From Copranaerobaculum intestinale (GTDB lineage Bacteria > Bacillota_I > Bacilli_A > Erysipelotrichales > Erysipelotrichaceae), in the NCBI RefSeq assembly GCF_009831105.1, contig NZ_WUUQ01000002.1, positions 630,001 to 662,000 on the forward strand: 32,000 nt of DNA. Reading direction: 5' to 3'. The position numbers and the translations under genes are program-made. The notes under the pieces were generated by a model. The model was not told where the DNA came from. It searched no databases and saw only the letters and a program-made list of their open reading frames with translations. Positions 1 through 7,920 of the stretch are shown piece after piece (the stretch's first letter is position 1; every line of letters starts with the position of its first letter).

Positions 1-1473
1 GCGCTTCGGACGAGCGAATTTCTCTTCCGTCTTTGCTGAAGCATTCCCGGCAAAGCGTTCCAGCTTGGATACGTATTCACGTTTCTCCTCAACCTTCAGA
101 CCTTCCTGCCGTTTTTTCTCTTTGGCGATTCTCGCCGCGCGCTCCAGTTCGGTTTCCACCTTTTCTTTTTCTGGTTCTGTAGATTCTACAGCTTCGGCTG
201 CCGCCGGTTCTTCAACGCTGTTTGCCGCTTCCTTCTCAGCTGCTTTCGGCGCTTCTTCCTCTGGTATCGCTGTCGGCTCCATTTCATCGAAGATCGCTTC
301 ATCTAACGGTTCCGCAACATTCTTATCAGCTTCTTCAAAGGCTGCCTGCTGCGCCAGCAAACGTTCTTCCGCCTGCTTCTTCAGCATTTCACTCTGCATT
401 TCCAAAGCGATGGTCTTCCAGTCGATACCCATTTCTGCCGCATCGCTTTCCGACTTGATATCAATTTTATTGCCAGTCAGCTTTACTGCCAAACGGGCAT
501 TTTTACCCTTTTTCCCGATTGCCAATGACAACTGATTGTCACCGACGATAACCATCAGGCCTTTGCGTTCCTGATTGGGGATAACCGCCAGAATTTCCGC
601 CGGCGCCAAAGCATTTTTAATCAGCTCTGTTACATCCTCGCTCCATTCAAAAATATCGATTTTCTCCCCGCCGAGTTCATCAATGACAACCTGTACCCGA
701 GATCCTCTTGGACCGATGCAGGCGCCGATCGGATCGACATTTTCATTTTTTGAATATACTGCCATTTTTGTACGTTCTCCGGCATCACGGGCAATCGCAC
801 GAATTTCGATGATTCCCTGATAGATTTCCGGTACTTCCTTTTCAAACAGCCGTTTTACCAAACTTGCATCCCCACGGGATACCAATACCTGCGCACCTTT
901 GGTTTCACGATTGACCTCAGTGATCACCACGCGTAAGCGCTGCCCTTCATAGTAACGCTCACCGGGAATCTGGCAGGCTTTCGGCATCAATGCGAGTGTC
1001 TTGCCGATATTGACAACACAAAACTTCTCCTCGACAGATTCCACCGTACCGATGACCATTTCCTCAACCGAATCACAGTATTCATCATAGACAACCTGCT
1101 TTTCAGCTTCACGAATTTTCTGTTTCAATACGTTTTTAGCAAGAATAACCGCCGCTCTGCCCAAATTGGCAATACTGACTTCACTCTCTACCAATTCGCC
1201 CAGCTCATATTCCTGATTGATGGCCTTTGCATCCGCCAAACTGATTTCCAGTTCATCATCCTCTACGGTTTCAACAATCGTCCGCTGCTGATAAACCTTG
1301 ATTTCTCCGTTTTTATCATTAACATCTACGCGCACCAAGGCATCCGGTATTTCAATCTGTTTGCGAAACGCTTTCGCCAATGCTTCCTGCAGCGCTGCAA
1401 CAACGATTTCCTTGGAGAGCATCTTGTCTTGTTCAATCGCCTGCATCGCGTTCATAAAATCTTTTAACTTCAT
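1..1473 (-). CDS. nusA: Transcription termination/antitermination factor NusA; 3' end runs off the window (at least 491 aa)
   Basis: Absent from the ORF track because there is no stop in the window. Manual minus-strand translation from the ATG at 1473..1471 gives MKLKDFMNAMQAIEQDKMLSKEIVVAALQEALAKAF... It contains an S1-like segment (GTVESVEEKFCVVNIGK) and KH motifs (DPIGACIGPRGSRVQ, LAIGKKGKNARLA). The frame stays open to position 1. It lies directly downstream of rimP, as in the canonical operon. Confidence 0.95.
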   Translation of the reverse strand, partial: MKLKDFMNAMQAIEQDKMLSKEIVVAALQEALAKAFRKQIEIPDALVRVDVNDKNGEIKVYQQRTIVETVEDDELEISLADAKAINQEYELGELVESEVSIANLGRAAVILAKNVLKQKIREAEKQVVYDEYCDSVEEMVIGTVESVEEKFCVVNIGKTLALMPKACQIPGERYYEGQRLRVVITEVNRETKGAQVLVSRGDASLVKRLFEKEVPEIYQGIIEIRAIARDAGERTKMAVYSKNENVDPIGACIGPRGSRVQVVIDELGGEKIDIFEWSEDVTELIKNALAPAEILAVIPNQERKGLMVIVGDNQLSLAIGKKGKNARLAVKLTGNKIDIKSESDAAEMGIDWKTIALEMQSEMLKKQAEERLLAQQAAFEEADKNVAEPLDEAIFDEMEPTAIPEEEAPKAAEKEAANSVEEPAAAEAVESTEPEKEKVETELERAARIAKEKKRQEGLKVEEKREYVSKLERFAGNASAKTEEKFARPKR

Positions 1474-1489
1474 GTCATTCTTTCCTTTC

Positions 1490-1960
1490 CTACAGCTTCA
1501 CCGCTAATCGAATCAGTGCTATATTATTTAAGGTAATCTGCAGTTCCTTTTTTCTGGTCTTATCCATATAAGCAACTGTGATGGTATCATCGTTCACTTC
1601 CAGCAGTGTTCCGTTTACTTCAAAGATACCTTTGGCAACAACATCCTTCAGCTTCACATAAACATACTCACCAACTGCCCGTTTCATTTCATCCAGGCTG
1701 CGAAGCTCTCGTTCCGCACCCGGTGAACAGACTTCCAGATAATATTCACCCGGTATCACATCTTTTTCATCAAGCAGTGCCGAGATCAGCTGTGACATTT
1801 CCGCACAGCTGTCAATATCCATCGTTCCATCCTTGCGCATTATGGAAACCTGCAGTATATGCATATTGTTTTCCTGCTTCCAGCAAAGATCGTACAGCAA
1901 CAGATCATGCTTTGCCAAAAGTGCTTCAATCCAAGGCTTCATCACCATTATTTGATCCAT
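1490..1960 (-). CDS. rimP: Ribosome maturation factor RimP
   Basis: Product MDQIMVMKPWIEALL...YLEVCSPGAERELRS has the RimP signature (SPG.ER.L) and sits just upstream of nusA. I chose the ATG at 1960, preceded by AAAGGAG. The track start at 2020 would run through a leader hairpin. Confidence 0.9.
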   Translation of the reverse strand: MDQIMVMKPWIEALLAKHDLLLYDLCWKQENNMHILQVSIMRKDGTMDIDSCAEMSQLISALLDEKDVIPGEYYLEVCSPGAERELRSLDEMKRAVGEYVYVKLKDVVAKGIFEVNGTLLEVNDDTITVAYMDKTRKKELQITLNNIALIRLAVKL

Positions 1961-1983
1961 ATTTCGCTCCTTTTGCATAAGAG

Positions 1984-2007
1984 AAGGAGTGGGATAACCC
2001 ACTCCTT
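1984..2007 (-). promoter_or_regulatory. Perfect 10-bp GC-rich hairpin in the rimP-nusA leader; candidate attenuator or weak intrinsic terminator
   Basis: Minus strand reads AAGGAGTGGG-TTAT-CCCACTCCTT followed by CTCTTAT, an interrupted U-tract. It lies between the putative promoter (2025..2053) and the rimP SD/ATG. Confidence 0.4.
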
Positions 2008-2024
2008 GTTTCGCATACACATAT

Positions 2025-2053
2025 AATATACCTTATTTCACCTATTTATACAA
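2025..2053 (-). promoter_or_regulatory. Putative sigma-A promoter of rimP-nusA
   Basis: Minus strand: TTGTAT (2053..2048), 17-nt spacer, TATATT (2030..2025). Confidence 0.45.
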
Positions 2054-2072
2054 GTGTTTTTTCAAATGGGCA

Positions 2073-2807
2073 TCACTTTTGAATCTGCATACGTGCCAGC
2101 ATAACGTTTCTGGCTTTGGTCTCTAATGCATCATCAAGCGGTTCCAAATCTACTTTTCCATAGCGGCGGTATAATCCTTTTCTAAGAATCAAATCGGCAA
2201 TTTCGGGATTCTTCGGCAGCAGCGGTCCATGCATATAGGTACCTAACACCTGACCATTATAGAATCCCTCCCAGCTGCTTTGAAACTGATTGCCATGCCC
2301 TTTGATCACTTTACCAAGCGGCGTTTGTACCCCGATTGTCTGACCGCCGTGATTTTCAAAGCCTACGGCCAGAAAGCTTTCTCCGTCAAGGCTGCATTCC
2401 ACTGCAATATTGCCGATACAGCGTCGGGCACGATCTGGTGCTTTGGTAAAATATTCAAAGAAGCCAAGCCCCTCAATCTGCCTGCCGTCACCATCGATGT
2501 AATACTGACCGAAGAACTGATACCCGCCGCAGATCAGCAGGATAAAGGTTCCGGCATTCATTGCCTTTTGAATAGCTTGCTTGCGTCCAAGCAGATCCTG
2601 ATACAGCAATCCCTGTTCACGATCCGCTCCGCCGCCGATAAATAAGATATCATACGCGGACAAATCTTTTTCCTCACCGATTCCACAGGTGTCAACCTGC
2701 AGTTTGATACCGCGTTTTTTACAGCGGTATTTCAAAACTTCGATATTCCCGCGATCACCATACAGATCCATCAAATCATGATACATCCAAATAATTGAAA
2801 GCTCCAT
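2073..2807 (-). CDS. gatD: Lipid II isoglutaminyl synthase, glutaminase subunit GatD (CobQ-type glutamine amidotransferase)
   Basis: 244 aa, with LICGGYQ (nucleophile Cys) and YMHGP motifs. Its ATG overlaps the murT stop by 1 nt (TGATG), the classic murT-gatD coupling. Confidence 0.9.
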   Translation of the reverse strand: MELSIIWMYHDLMDLYGDRGNIEVLKYRCKKRGIKLQVDTCGIGEEKDLSAYDILFIGGGADREQGLLYQDLLGRKQAIQKAMNAGTFILLICGGYQFFGQYYIDGDGRQIEGLGFFEYFTKAPDRARRCIGNIAVECSLDGESFLAVGFENHGGQTIGVQTPLGKVIKGHGNQFQSSWEGFYNGQVLGTYMHGPLLPKNPEIADLILRKGLYRRYGKVDLEPLDDALETKARNVMLARMQIQK

Positions 2808-4120
2808 CAGGTATTCCTCCTCAGTACCGCACGCATCGGCTGCAGTGCTGTATAGGTTGCGATCACATAAAGATGTTCCGGTTGTTTTTTAAGCTCCTGA
2901 ACTGCTTCCTGCATATCCGGTTTGACTAGCAGTCTGCCTTCAAATCCGCCATATTGAAATCGCAGCGCAAGATCGTAGGCGCGAAGTCCGCTGCAGATAA
3001 TCGTCCTGACATCAGCGCTCATAAGCCGCTCAAACTGTGCATCCCAAATCCAAGAAATATCGGTTCCGTCCTGATCATTGTCATTCAGGACAATCACCAG
3101 TGCTTTCGCTTCCTGATCACGCTGAATGTATTTCATCGTTTCATTCGCACCGGTAGGATTCTTTACTAAGTTCAGCAAACAATCTTTGCCGTCAAGCGAG
3201 AACATCTCCATTCTTCCATCATTCAGCGCAAAGGTCTCAAATACCTGTGCAGCATATTGACGATCAATTTGAAGTACATCCAGACACCCCAGCACCGCCA
3301 TACAGTTATAAATTGAAAACAGCGCATTCTGAGGTGCTTTATATCGTACACCCGCTACCTCAAAACAGCTCTTTTCAAAATCGACAGCAGCAGCTTCCAG
3401 CTGCAGCGTCACATCACCGAAATCATGATTGGGGCAATAAAATTTTCCAATATGAGAATATTGATAAAAATGGTAGTGAAGCGCACAGTCACAAACCGGA
3501 CAATACTTTCCTTCACTCGCTTCATCCGATGTATTGCTGCTCATTGCATTGCGAGCAACGCCCACCGTATAAATCGATGCCTGCTTTGCCGTCAGGGCTA
3601 ACCGCATCACGTTGGGATCATCTCCATTTAAGACCAAAGTGCCGGTAAAGTCCGGAAGAACTGCTTCCAGCTTTCTAAGAATTGTTTCCATTTCTCCGGC
3701 CCGATCCAACTGATCCCGAAAGAAATTATTAATCACAAAAACATCAACTTTAACATCTGATATAACCTTTGGAACATTCAGCTCATCAACCTCGATCACC
3801 ATCGCATCTGCCTTTACCCGCTTATTCAAGCCGGCATTCGCAGCGACCAGCGTCGTGATCCCCGCTTTCAAGTTATCGCCGCGACGGTTGCCAATGACCT
3901 TTAAACCACTTTTAGCCAAAGTCTCATAAATCATATTGCTGGTTGTCGTCTTGCCATTGGTTCCGGTCACCATGATCACTTTATTCGGATATGTAAAATG
4001 CTTCAGAAACTGCGGATCCAGCTTTAATGCAATACTTCCGGGCAATGATCCGCCTCGTCCCAACCGCTTCAGCATCCATCTGATAAATTTTGTGAATAGC
4101 AGCGTTAATGTTGTTCGCAT
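2807..4120 (-). CDS. murT: Lipid II isoglutaminyl synthase, Mur-ligase-like subunit MurT
   Basis: 437 aa with a Mur ligase P-loop (VTGTNGKTTTSNM), a Cys-rich ribbon (CPVCDC...YCPNH) and a C-terminal DUF1727-like region. Paired with gatD. Confidence 0.9.
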   Translation of the reverse strand: MRTTLTLLFTKFIRWMLKRLGRGGSLPGSIALKLDPQFLKHFTYPNKVIMVTGTNGKTTTSNMIYETLAKSGLKVIGNRRGDNLKAGITTLVAANAGLNKRVKADAMVIEVDELNVPKVISDVKVDVFVINNFFRDQLDRAGEMETILRKLEAVLPDFTGTLVLNGDDPNVMRLALTAKQASIYTVGVARNAMSSNTSDEASEGKYCPVCDCALHYHFYQYSHIGKFYCPNHDFGDVTLQLEAAAVDFEKSCFEVAGVRYKAPQNALFSIYNCMAVLGCLDVLQIDRQYAAQVFETFALNDGRMEMFSLDGKDCLLNLVKNPTGANETMKYIQRDQEAKALVIVLNDNDQDGTDISWIWDAQFERLMSADVRTIICSGLRAYDLALRFQYGGFEGRLLVKPDMQEAVQELKKQPEHLYVIATYTALQPMRAVLRRNT

Positions 4121-4170
4121 AGTACCTCCATAAGCAAAAAAAGAGCCGTACGACCCTTTTTTTATGCTCT

Positions 4171-4341
4171 TTACTTACCTACAATCGTTTCGCCGTTGTA
4201 GCTTCCGCATCCGCACATTCTGTGAGCCTGTTTGTACTCACCGCATACCGGGCACTTTGTCAGTGTCGGTGCAGCTAATTTATAATGCGTTCTACGTTTT
4301 GCTTTTCTGGTTTTTGAATTACGTCTCTGCTGTACAGCCAT
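4171..4341 (-). CDS. rpmF: 50S ribosomal protein L32
   Basis: Below the track size cut-off. Manual translation gives [56 protein letters not shown] (56 aa) with the CxxC...CxC zinc ribbon. SD AGGAGGTG lies upstream. It follows yceD as in B. subtilis ylbN-rpmF. Confidence 0.95.
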   Translation of the reverse strand: MAVQQRRNSKTRKAKRRTHYKLAAPTLTKCPVCGEYKQAHRMCGCGSYNGETIVGK

Positions 4342-4356
4342 GTTAGCACCTCCTGT

Positions 4357-4869
4357 TTATTCTTCAATCTTGAAGTCTCTCAACTTTGCTAAACGAGGAT
4401 CGATTTCATCCGCTCTTTCACGCACATAATCTTCCTCTTTGACAACTTCCCAGCCCTTTCCCTTCGGATATGCCTGAATACCAGGTTTTACCGTTTTCAG
4501 CGGCACTTCCATAAGGATCAGCTGAAAGATGACAGGGAGCAATTCTACGACGTCTCCTTTGCATTCATGAACATCTTCATCTTCGGAAACTTTCACAAAT
4601 GCGAAGACTTCTTCAGACGTGGTCTGAAAAGGAACTTCAACATCTTCTAATGTTATCGAACAGGGCACGATCATAACACCTTCTATGTCCAAATCGGCGT
4701 ATGCGCGATCATCATCAGAATTGTAATGTAAACTTCCAGAAACTGTTACATCCCGCAATCCTCTGAGATGGGAAAGGCGATCGAATGCTTCTTTGCCGAA
4801 AGTAATCTGCTCATCAAAAGCAACAGTATTGCCTGAGGCCTTCAGCAATTCATTCTTTGACCATTTCAA
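4357..4869 (-). CDS. yceD: YceD/DUF177 family protein (ribosome-associated, co-transcribed with L32)
   Basis: (M)KWSKNELLKASG... matches typical DUF177 N-termini. I chose the TTG start at 4869, preceded by GAGGTGA with a 5-6 nt spacer. The track start at 4926 is the TTG of the -35 box of this gene's own promoter. Confidence 0.85.
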   Translation of the reverse strand: MKWSKNELLKASGNTVAFDEQITFGKEAFDRLSHLRGLRDVTVSGSLHYNSDDDRAYADLDIEGVMIVPCSITLEDVEVPFQTTSEEVFAFVKVSEDEDVHECKGDVVELLPVIFQLILMEVPLKTVKPGIQAYPKGKGWEVVKEEDYVRERADEIDPRLAKLRDFKIEE

Positions 4870-4897
4870 AAGAATCACCTCGTTGTCTAACGGACTT

Positions 4898-4926
4898 ATT
4901 ATACATGGGAGAAATTGAATCGTCAA
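4898..4926 (-). promoter_or_regulatory. Sigma-A promoter of yceD-rpmF
   Basis: Minus strand: TTGACG (4926..4921), 17-nt spacer, TATAAT (4903..4898). Confidence 0.65.
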
Positions 4927-5223
4927 CCACTTTATTTCCAGTGAATATCAAATAACCCCAGCTATTATAACGTTATTTGAACCGCAATATGAGTTTTTCA
5001 GCTTTTTTATTCCATCGCTTATTTAGCCGATGCGTGAAATACAATGATAATTTGTGTATATACTGCCGTTTCTATCCGTTTTTTTGATAAATACAAAGCT
5101 TTTCATAATGTGTAAACACAGCTTTGGGTCATTCATCCCTTTGCGGTTACTGCATTTTCATAAATGATATTCTGCACGTTAAGGTAAAAAATGCTTCTCC
5201 ATGATCCATGAATTCTCTTCCTT

Positions 5224-6144
5224 TTATAGCTGCAGGATATGGTATATCCAATCGATAATATCCTGATACACCGCTTCACAATCCTGCTCATTCAAAATTT
5301 CATGACGCTTGTTGGGATACATGGTACTGTCTACATGTATATAACCACAATCCTTCATCAGCTGCACGGCTTGCTTGAAATTCTTTTTTCCGGCAGCACA
5401 GGGGTCGTCTTCCCCAGAAACAAACAGGATCGGCAATTCCCGATTCTGCATCAGCCAGCCGCTTGTATCATAGACCTTCTGCATCAAAGTAAACAGATTC
5501 TTAAACCCGTTAATAGTAAAAATGTAGCCACAAGCCGGATCACTGTCATATTTTGCTACCACGTCCTTACGGGTCGACAGCCAGCTGTTATCACTGACCG
5601 TATCCGATAATCCCTTGTTGTAGGAACCGAATGCGATGTGCTGCAGCAGCTTGCTGCGATGACGCTGACCGCAGAATACTCCGATCAGACCTGCCAATGC
5701 CTTTCCCATGCCGGCAGCTTTGTTTTCACTTGGCGATCCGCACACGATCAATCCATCGATTTCATTATCATAACGCTTTGCATAAGCGCGCACTACCAAA
5801 GAGCCCATACTGTGACCGAATAAAATCAGCGGCTGATCTTCGAAGCGTTCCTTGATATAGCGGCTGATCTGATAGGTATCCTCGACGATACTTTCTGCAC
5901 CGTTCTCATAAAAATAACCCCAGTCCTCGGTATCCAAAACACTTTCGCCATGACCGCGGTGATCGTGCATGATCGCTACAAGTCCATTCGCTGCCAATTC
6001 GCTCATAAAGGGCTCATAGCGAAAGCGATGTTCCGCCATGCCGTGCACCAGCTGAATGATCCCCTTGATTTCCCCTTCTGGAACAAAGATGCTCGCCTTA
6101 AGCGGCAGCTGATCCTGACGGCTCACAATCGTTACTGTTTCCAT
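5224..6144 (-). CDS. Alpha/beta hydrolase (lysophospholipase / monoacylglycerol-lipase-like)
   Basis: HG.AEH ... GHSMGS nucleophile elbow, with a late GEDD and a KRHE acid/His. I chose the ATG at 6144 (METVTIV), preceded by GAAGGTGAG. Confidence 0.8.
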   Translation of the reverse strand: METVTIVSRQDQLPLKASIFVPEGEIKGIIQLVHGMAEHRFRYEPFMSELAANGLVAIMHDHRGHGESVLDTEDWGYFYENGAESIVEDTYQISRYIKERFEDQPLILFGHSMGSLVVRAYAKRYDNEIDGLIVCGSPSENKAAGMGKALAGLIGVFCGQRHRSKLLQHIAFGSYNKGLSDTVSDNSWLSTRKDVVAKYDSDPACGYIFTINGFKNLFTLMQKVYDTSGWLMQNRELPILFVSGEDDPCAAGKKNFKQAVQLMKDCGYIHVDSTMYPNKRHEILNEQDCEAVYQDIIDWIYHILQL

Positions 6145-6252
6145 GAAATTCTCACCTTCTGCAAATATCATATCATGTCTATTTCACAAACACAAATGTT
6201 GGTGGACTTTTTTGGAAAAGCAGTTTATCATGATTACGAAAGAGGTGCTTTC

Positions 6253-7353
6253 ATGCATGTAACCGGAATTATCACTGAATACAATCCCTTTCATAAAGGG
6301 CATGCCTATCATATCGCCAAAACCCGTAAACAGACAAACTGTGATGTTCTGATAGCAGTGATGAGCGGCAATTTTGTCCAACGCGGAGAACCAGCTATCT
6401 ACGATAAATGGCAGCGGGCTCAGGCGGCGGTTATGCACGGATGTAATCTCGTGTTAGAGCTTCCGTTTCTATATGCAACCCAGAGCGCCGAAAACTTTGC
6501 AAAGGGCGCTGTCAAGGTACTTTCTTTGGCCAATGTGCAGGATTTGGTATTTGGCAGTGAAAGCAATGATCTAAAACAGCTCAACTATCTGGCCGAGATG
6601 GATACCGCAAAACTGGAAGCTTATATGAAGAATGGATACTCTCCATCTGCCAGCTATGGAATGCTGTACGGTGACCGCGGTCCAAATGATATTCTGGGCA
6701 TCAATTATATAAAAGCCGCAAAATCAGCAGGAATTCGTCCTCAAACAATTCTTCGCACCAATTCCTATCACGATGAATCACTCAATCATCCTTTTGTCTC
6801 CGCATCGGCTATTCGCAAAGCAATTCTGGAGAACCGTGATATCCAAGAACAAACGATGCTGAACACTGCACAATACGCGCATACTCTGCATTCATACTAT
6901 CCGCTTATCCAAACGCTGCTGCTGACCCTTTCTCCTGAATATCTTCGTACCCTGTTCCTTATGGATGAAGGAATTGAAAACAGGCTGATCAAGGCTGCAC
7001 AGGAGACTGCGGACTTAGATGAATTTCTGAACGCGTGTATCAGTCGGCGCTACACCCGTTCCCGGCTTCGCCGGACGTTAATTCACCTTCTGCATCAGAC
7101 AACCAAACTACAAACCGATAATATGCCTGAATTATCGTATATTCGAATGTTAGCCTATGATGAAATAGGTAAATCATACCTCAAACAGCTTCGAAAAGAT
7201 GTCATAATTGCGAGTCGGTTCAATCAGATACCGGACGGTTATCGGCAAATGGAATTAAAAGCTGCCCATGTTTATGCTTACCCATTAGCAGCGCATGATA
7301 AAAAAGCCGCATTCGCACTAGAGCTTCAGCCCCCGATTGCTTGTTTCAAGTAA
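6253..7353 (+). CDS. tmcAL: tRNA(Met) cytidine acetate ligase TmcAL (YlbM / UPF0348 family nucleotidyltransferase)
   Basis: MHVTGIITEYNPFHKGHAYHI (HxGH motif) ...VMSGNFVQRGEPA. The ATG at 6253 follows GAAAGAGGTG. The track ORF from 5950 is an upstream extension that overlaps the divergent hydrolase gene. Confidence 0.85.
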   Translation: MHVTGIITEYNPFHKGHAYHIAKTRKQTNCDVLIAVMSGNFVQRGEPAIYDKWQRAQAAVMHGCNLVLELPFLYATQSAENFAKGAVKVLSLANVQDLVFGSESNDLKQLNYLAEMDTAKLEAYMKNGYSPSASYGMLYGDRGPNDILGINYIKAAKSAGIRPQTILRTNSYHDESLNHPFVSASAIRKAILENRDIQEQTMLNTAQYAHTLHSYYPLIQTLLLTLSPEYLRTLFLMDEGIENRLIKAAQETADLDEFLNACISRRYTRSRLRRTLIHLLHQTTKLQTDNMPELSYIRMLAYDEIGKSYLKQLRKDVIIASRFNQIPDGYRQMELKAAHVYAYPLAAHDKKAAFALELQPPIACFK

Positions 7354-7381
7354 AAAGATTTCCGGTTGGAAATCTTTTTTT
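7352..7381. terminator. Bidirectional rho-independent terminator shared by tmcAL and ssb
   Basis: AAAGATTTCC-GGTT-GGAAATCTTT is flanked by an A-run on the left and a T-run on the right. Confidence 0.8.
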
Positions 7382-7383
7382 AA

Positions 7384-7704
7384 TCAGCGATTGGATAAAA
7401 ATGATACCTTTTCCGCAATAAATTCATAATTATGATATACATTATCATCCTTTCCATTATAGGTATGGGTTTGTACTCTTCCTTTAACGGCGATGATATC
7501 CCCCATTTTACACACATTCGTTACGGTTTCCGCAATTCCTTTCCAAAGCGTCACTGCGATATAGTCAGTTTCATAATAACCATCGCTGTTTTTAAAGGAA
7601 CGATCCAGCTCCATCCCGAGCGTCGCTACCTTGTTGCCATTGACCGTTTCCTTGATCGTCGGCAAATCAACTACTTTCCCTACTAATACCACTTGATTAA
7701 GCAT
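7384..7704 (-). CDS. ssb: Single-stranded DNA-binding protein, short tail-less form (SsbB-like)
   Basis: 106 aa with an OB-fold pattern (MLNQVVLVGKVV...VATLGMELDR...DYIAVTLWKGIAE...GDIIAVKGRVQTHTY). It ends ...EKVSFLSNR with no acidic D-D-(I/L)-P-F tail. SD is AAGGGGGA. Confidence 0.85.
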   Translation of the reverse strand: MLNQVVLVGKVVDLPTIKETVNGNKVATLGMELDRSFKNSDGYYETDYIAVTLWKGIAETVTNVCKMGDIIAVKGRVQTHTYNGKDDNVYHNYEFIAEKVSFLSNR

Positions 7705-7800
7705 AATGTCCCCCTTATCTATGTATCCTCTATGCTATTCCATAATTTTCCGCTTCCCTGCTCCCCATAAGCATCTCCCCCTCCCTGCTCTTTCAGACTT

Positions 7801-7829
7801 ATTATGCCAAATTTCGACACACGCTTCAA
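7801..7829 (-). promoter_or_regulatory. Putative sigma-A promoter of ssb
   Basis: Minus strand: TTGAAG (7829..7824), 17-nt spacer, CATAAT (7806..7801), with TGG immediately upstream (extended -10). Confidence 0.5.
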
Positions 7830-7865
7830 ATTCCCTAATTTGTGATATTTTCCCATTATAAGGAA

Positions 7866-7915
7866 TTAAAAAAAGGATAATCAATGATATCTTCATCTAT
7901 ATCACCAATTATCCT
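7866..7915 (-). terminator. Rho-independent terminator after the M16 peptidase pair
   Basis: Minus strand: 17-bp stem AGGATAATTGGTGATAT / ATATCATTGATTATCCT (three G-U pairs), 8-nt loop, then TTTTTTTAA. Confidence 0.75.
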
Positions 7916-7920
7916 ATCTT

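Noticed and set aside
65-535. 156-aa Ser/Ala-rich plus-strand ORF (and the nested ORF at 222..458)
   Set aside because: It is the antisense reading of the Glu/Ala/Lys-rich NusA tail (GAA/GCN/AAG codons read backwards). It has no SD and extreme low complexity. The minus-strand frame is clearly NusA.
1961-2020. 20-codon upstream extension of rimP
   Set aside because: It would translate through the 10-bp leader hairpin and has no SD. The ATG at 1960 has AAAGGAG upstream.
4141-4170. Possible terminator downstream of rpmF (AAAAAAAGGGTCGTACGGCTCTTTTTTT on the minus strand)
   Set aside because: The T-run is present, but the inverted repeat is only about 4 bp with wobble pairs. This is too weak to call from sequence alone.
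4870-4926. Longer yceD ORF starting at 4926
   Set aside because: The start used by the track is the TTG of the TTGACG -35 box. A TTGACG-17-TATAAT promoter occupies 4898..4926. An SD plus TTG at 4869 gives the family-typical (M)KWS N-terminus.
4989-5087. 32-codon plus-strand sORF (MSFSAFLFHRLFSRC...) in the 297-nt gap between yceD and the hydrolase gene
   Set aside because: It has no SD and a hydrophobic/aromatic composition typical of AT-rich intergenic noise. The gap is better explained as the yceD-rpmF promoter region plus the 3' UTR of the hydrolase gene.
5950-6252. N-terminal 101-codon extension of the tmcAL ORF given by the track
   Set aside because: The extension overlaps the divergent hydrolase gene on the other strand. 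The conserved TmcAL N-terminus (MHVTGIITEYNPFHKGH) begins at 6253, directly after a GAAAGAGGTG SD.
7384-7915. The ssb locus as a phage or ICE remnant
   Set aside because: The gene is insulated by terminators, but there are no flanking repeats, no integrase and no other phage-like genes. An SsbB-type chromosomal paralogue is the simpler explanation.
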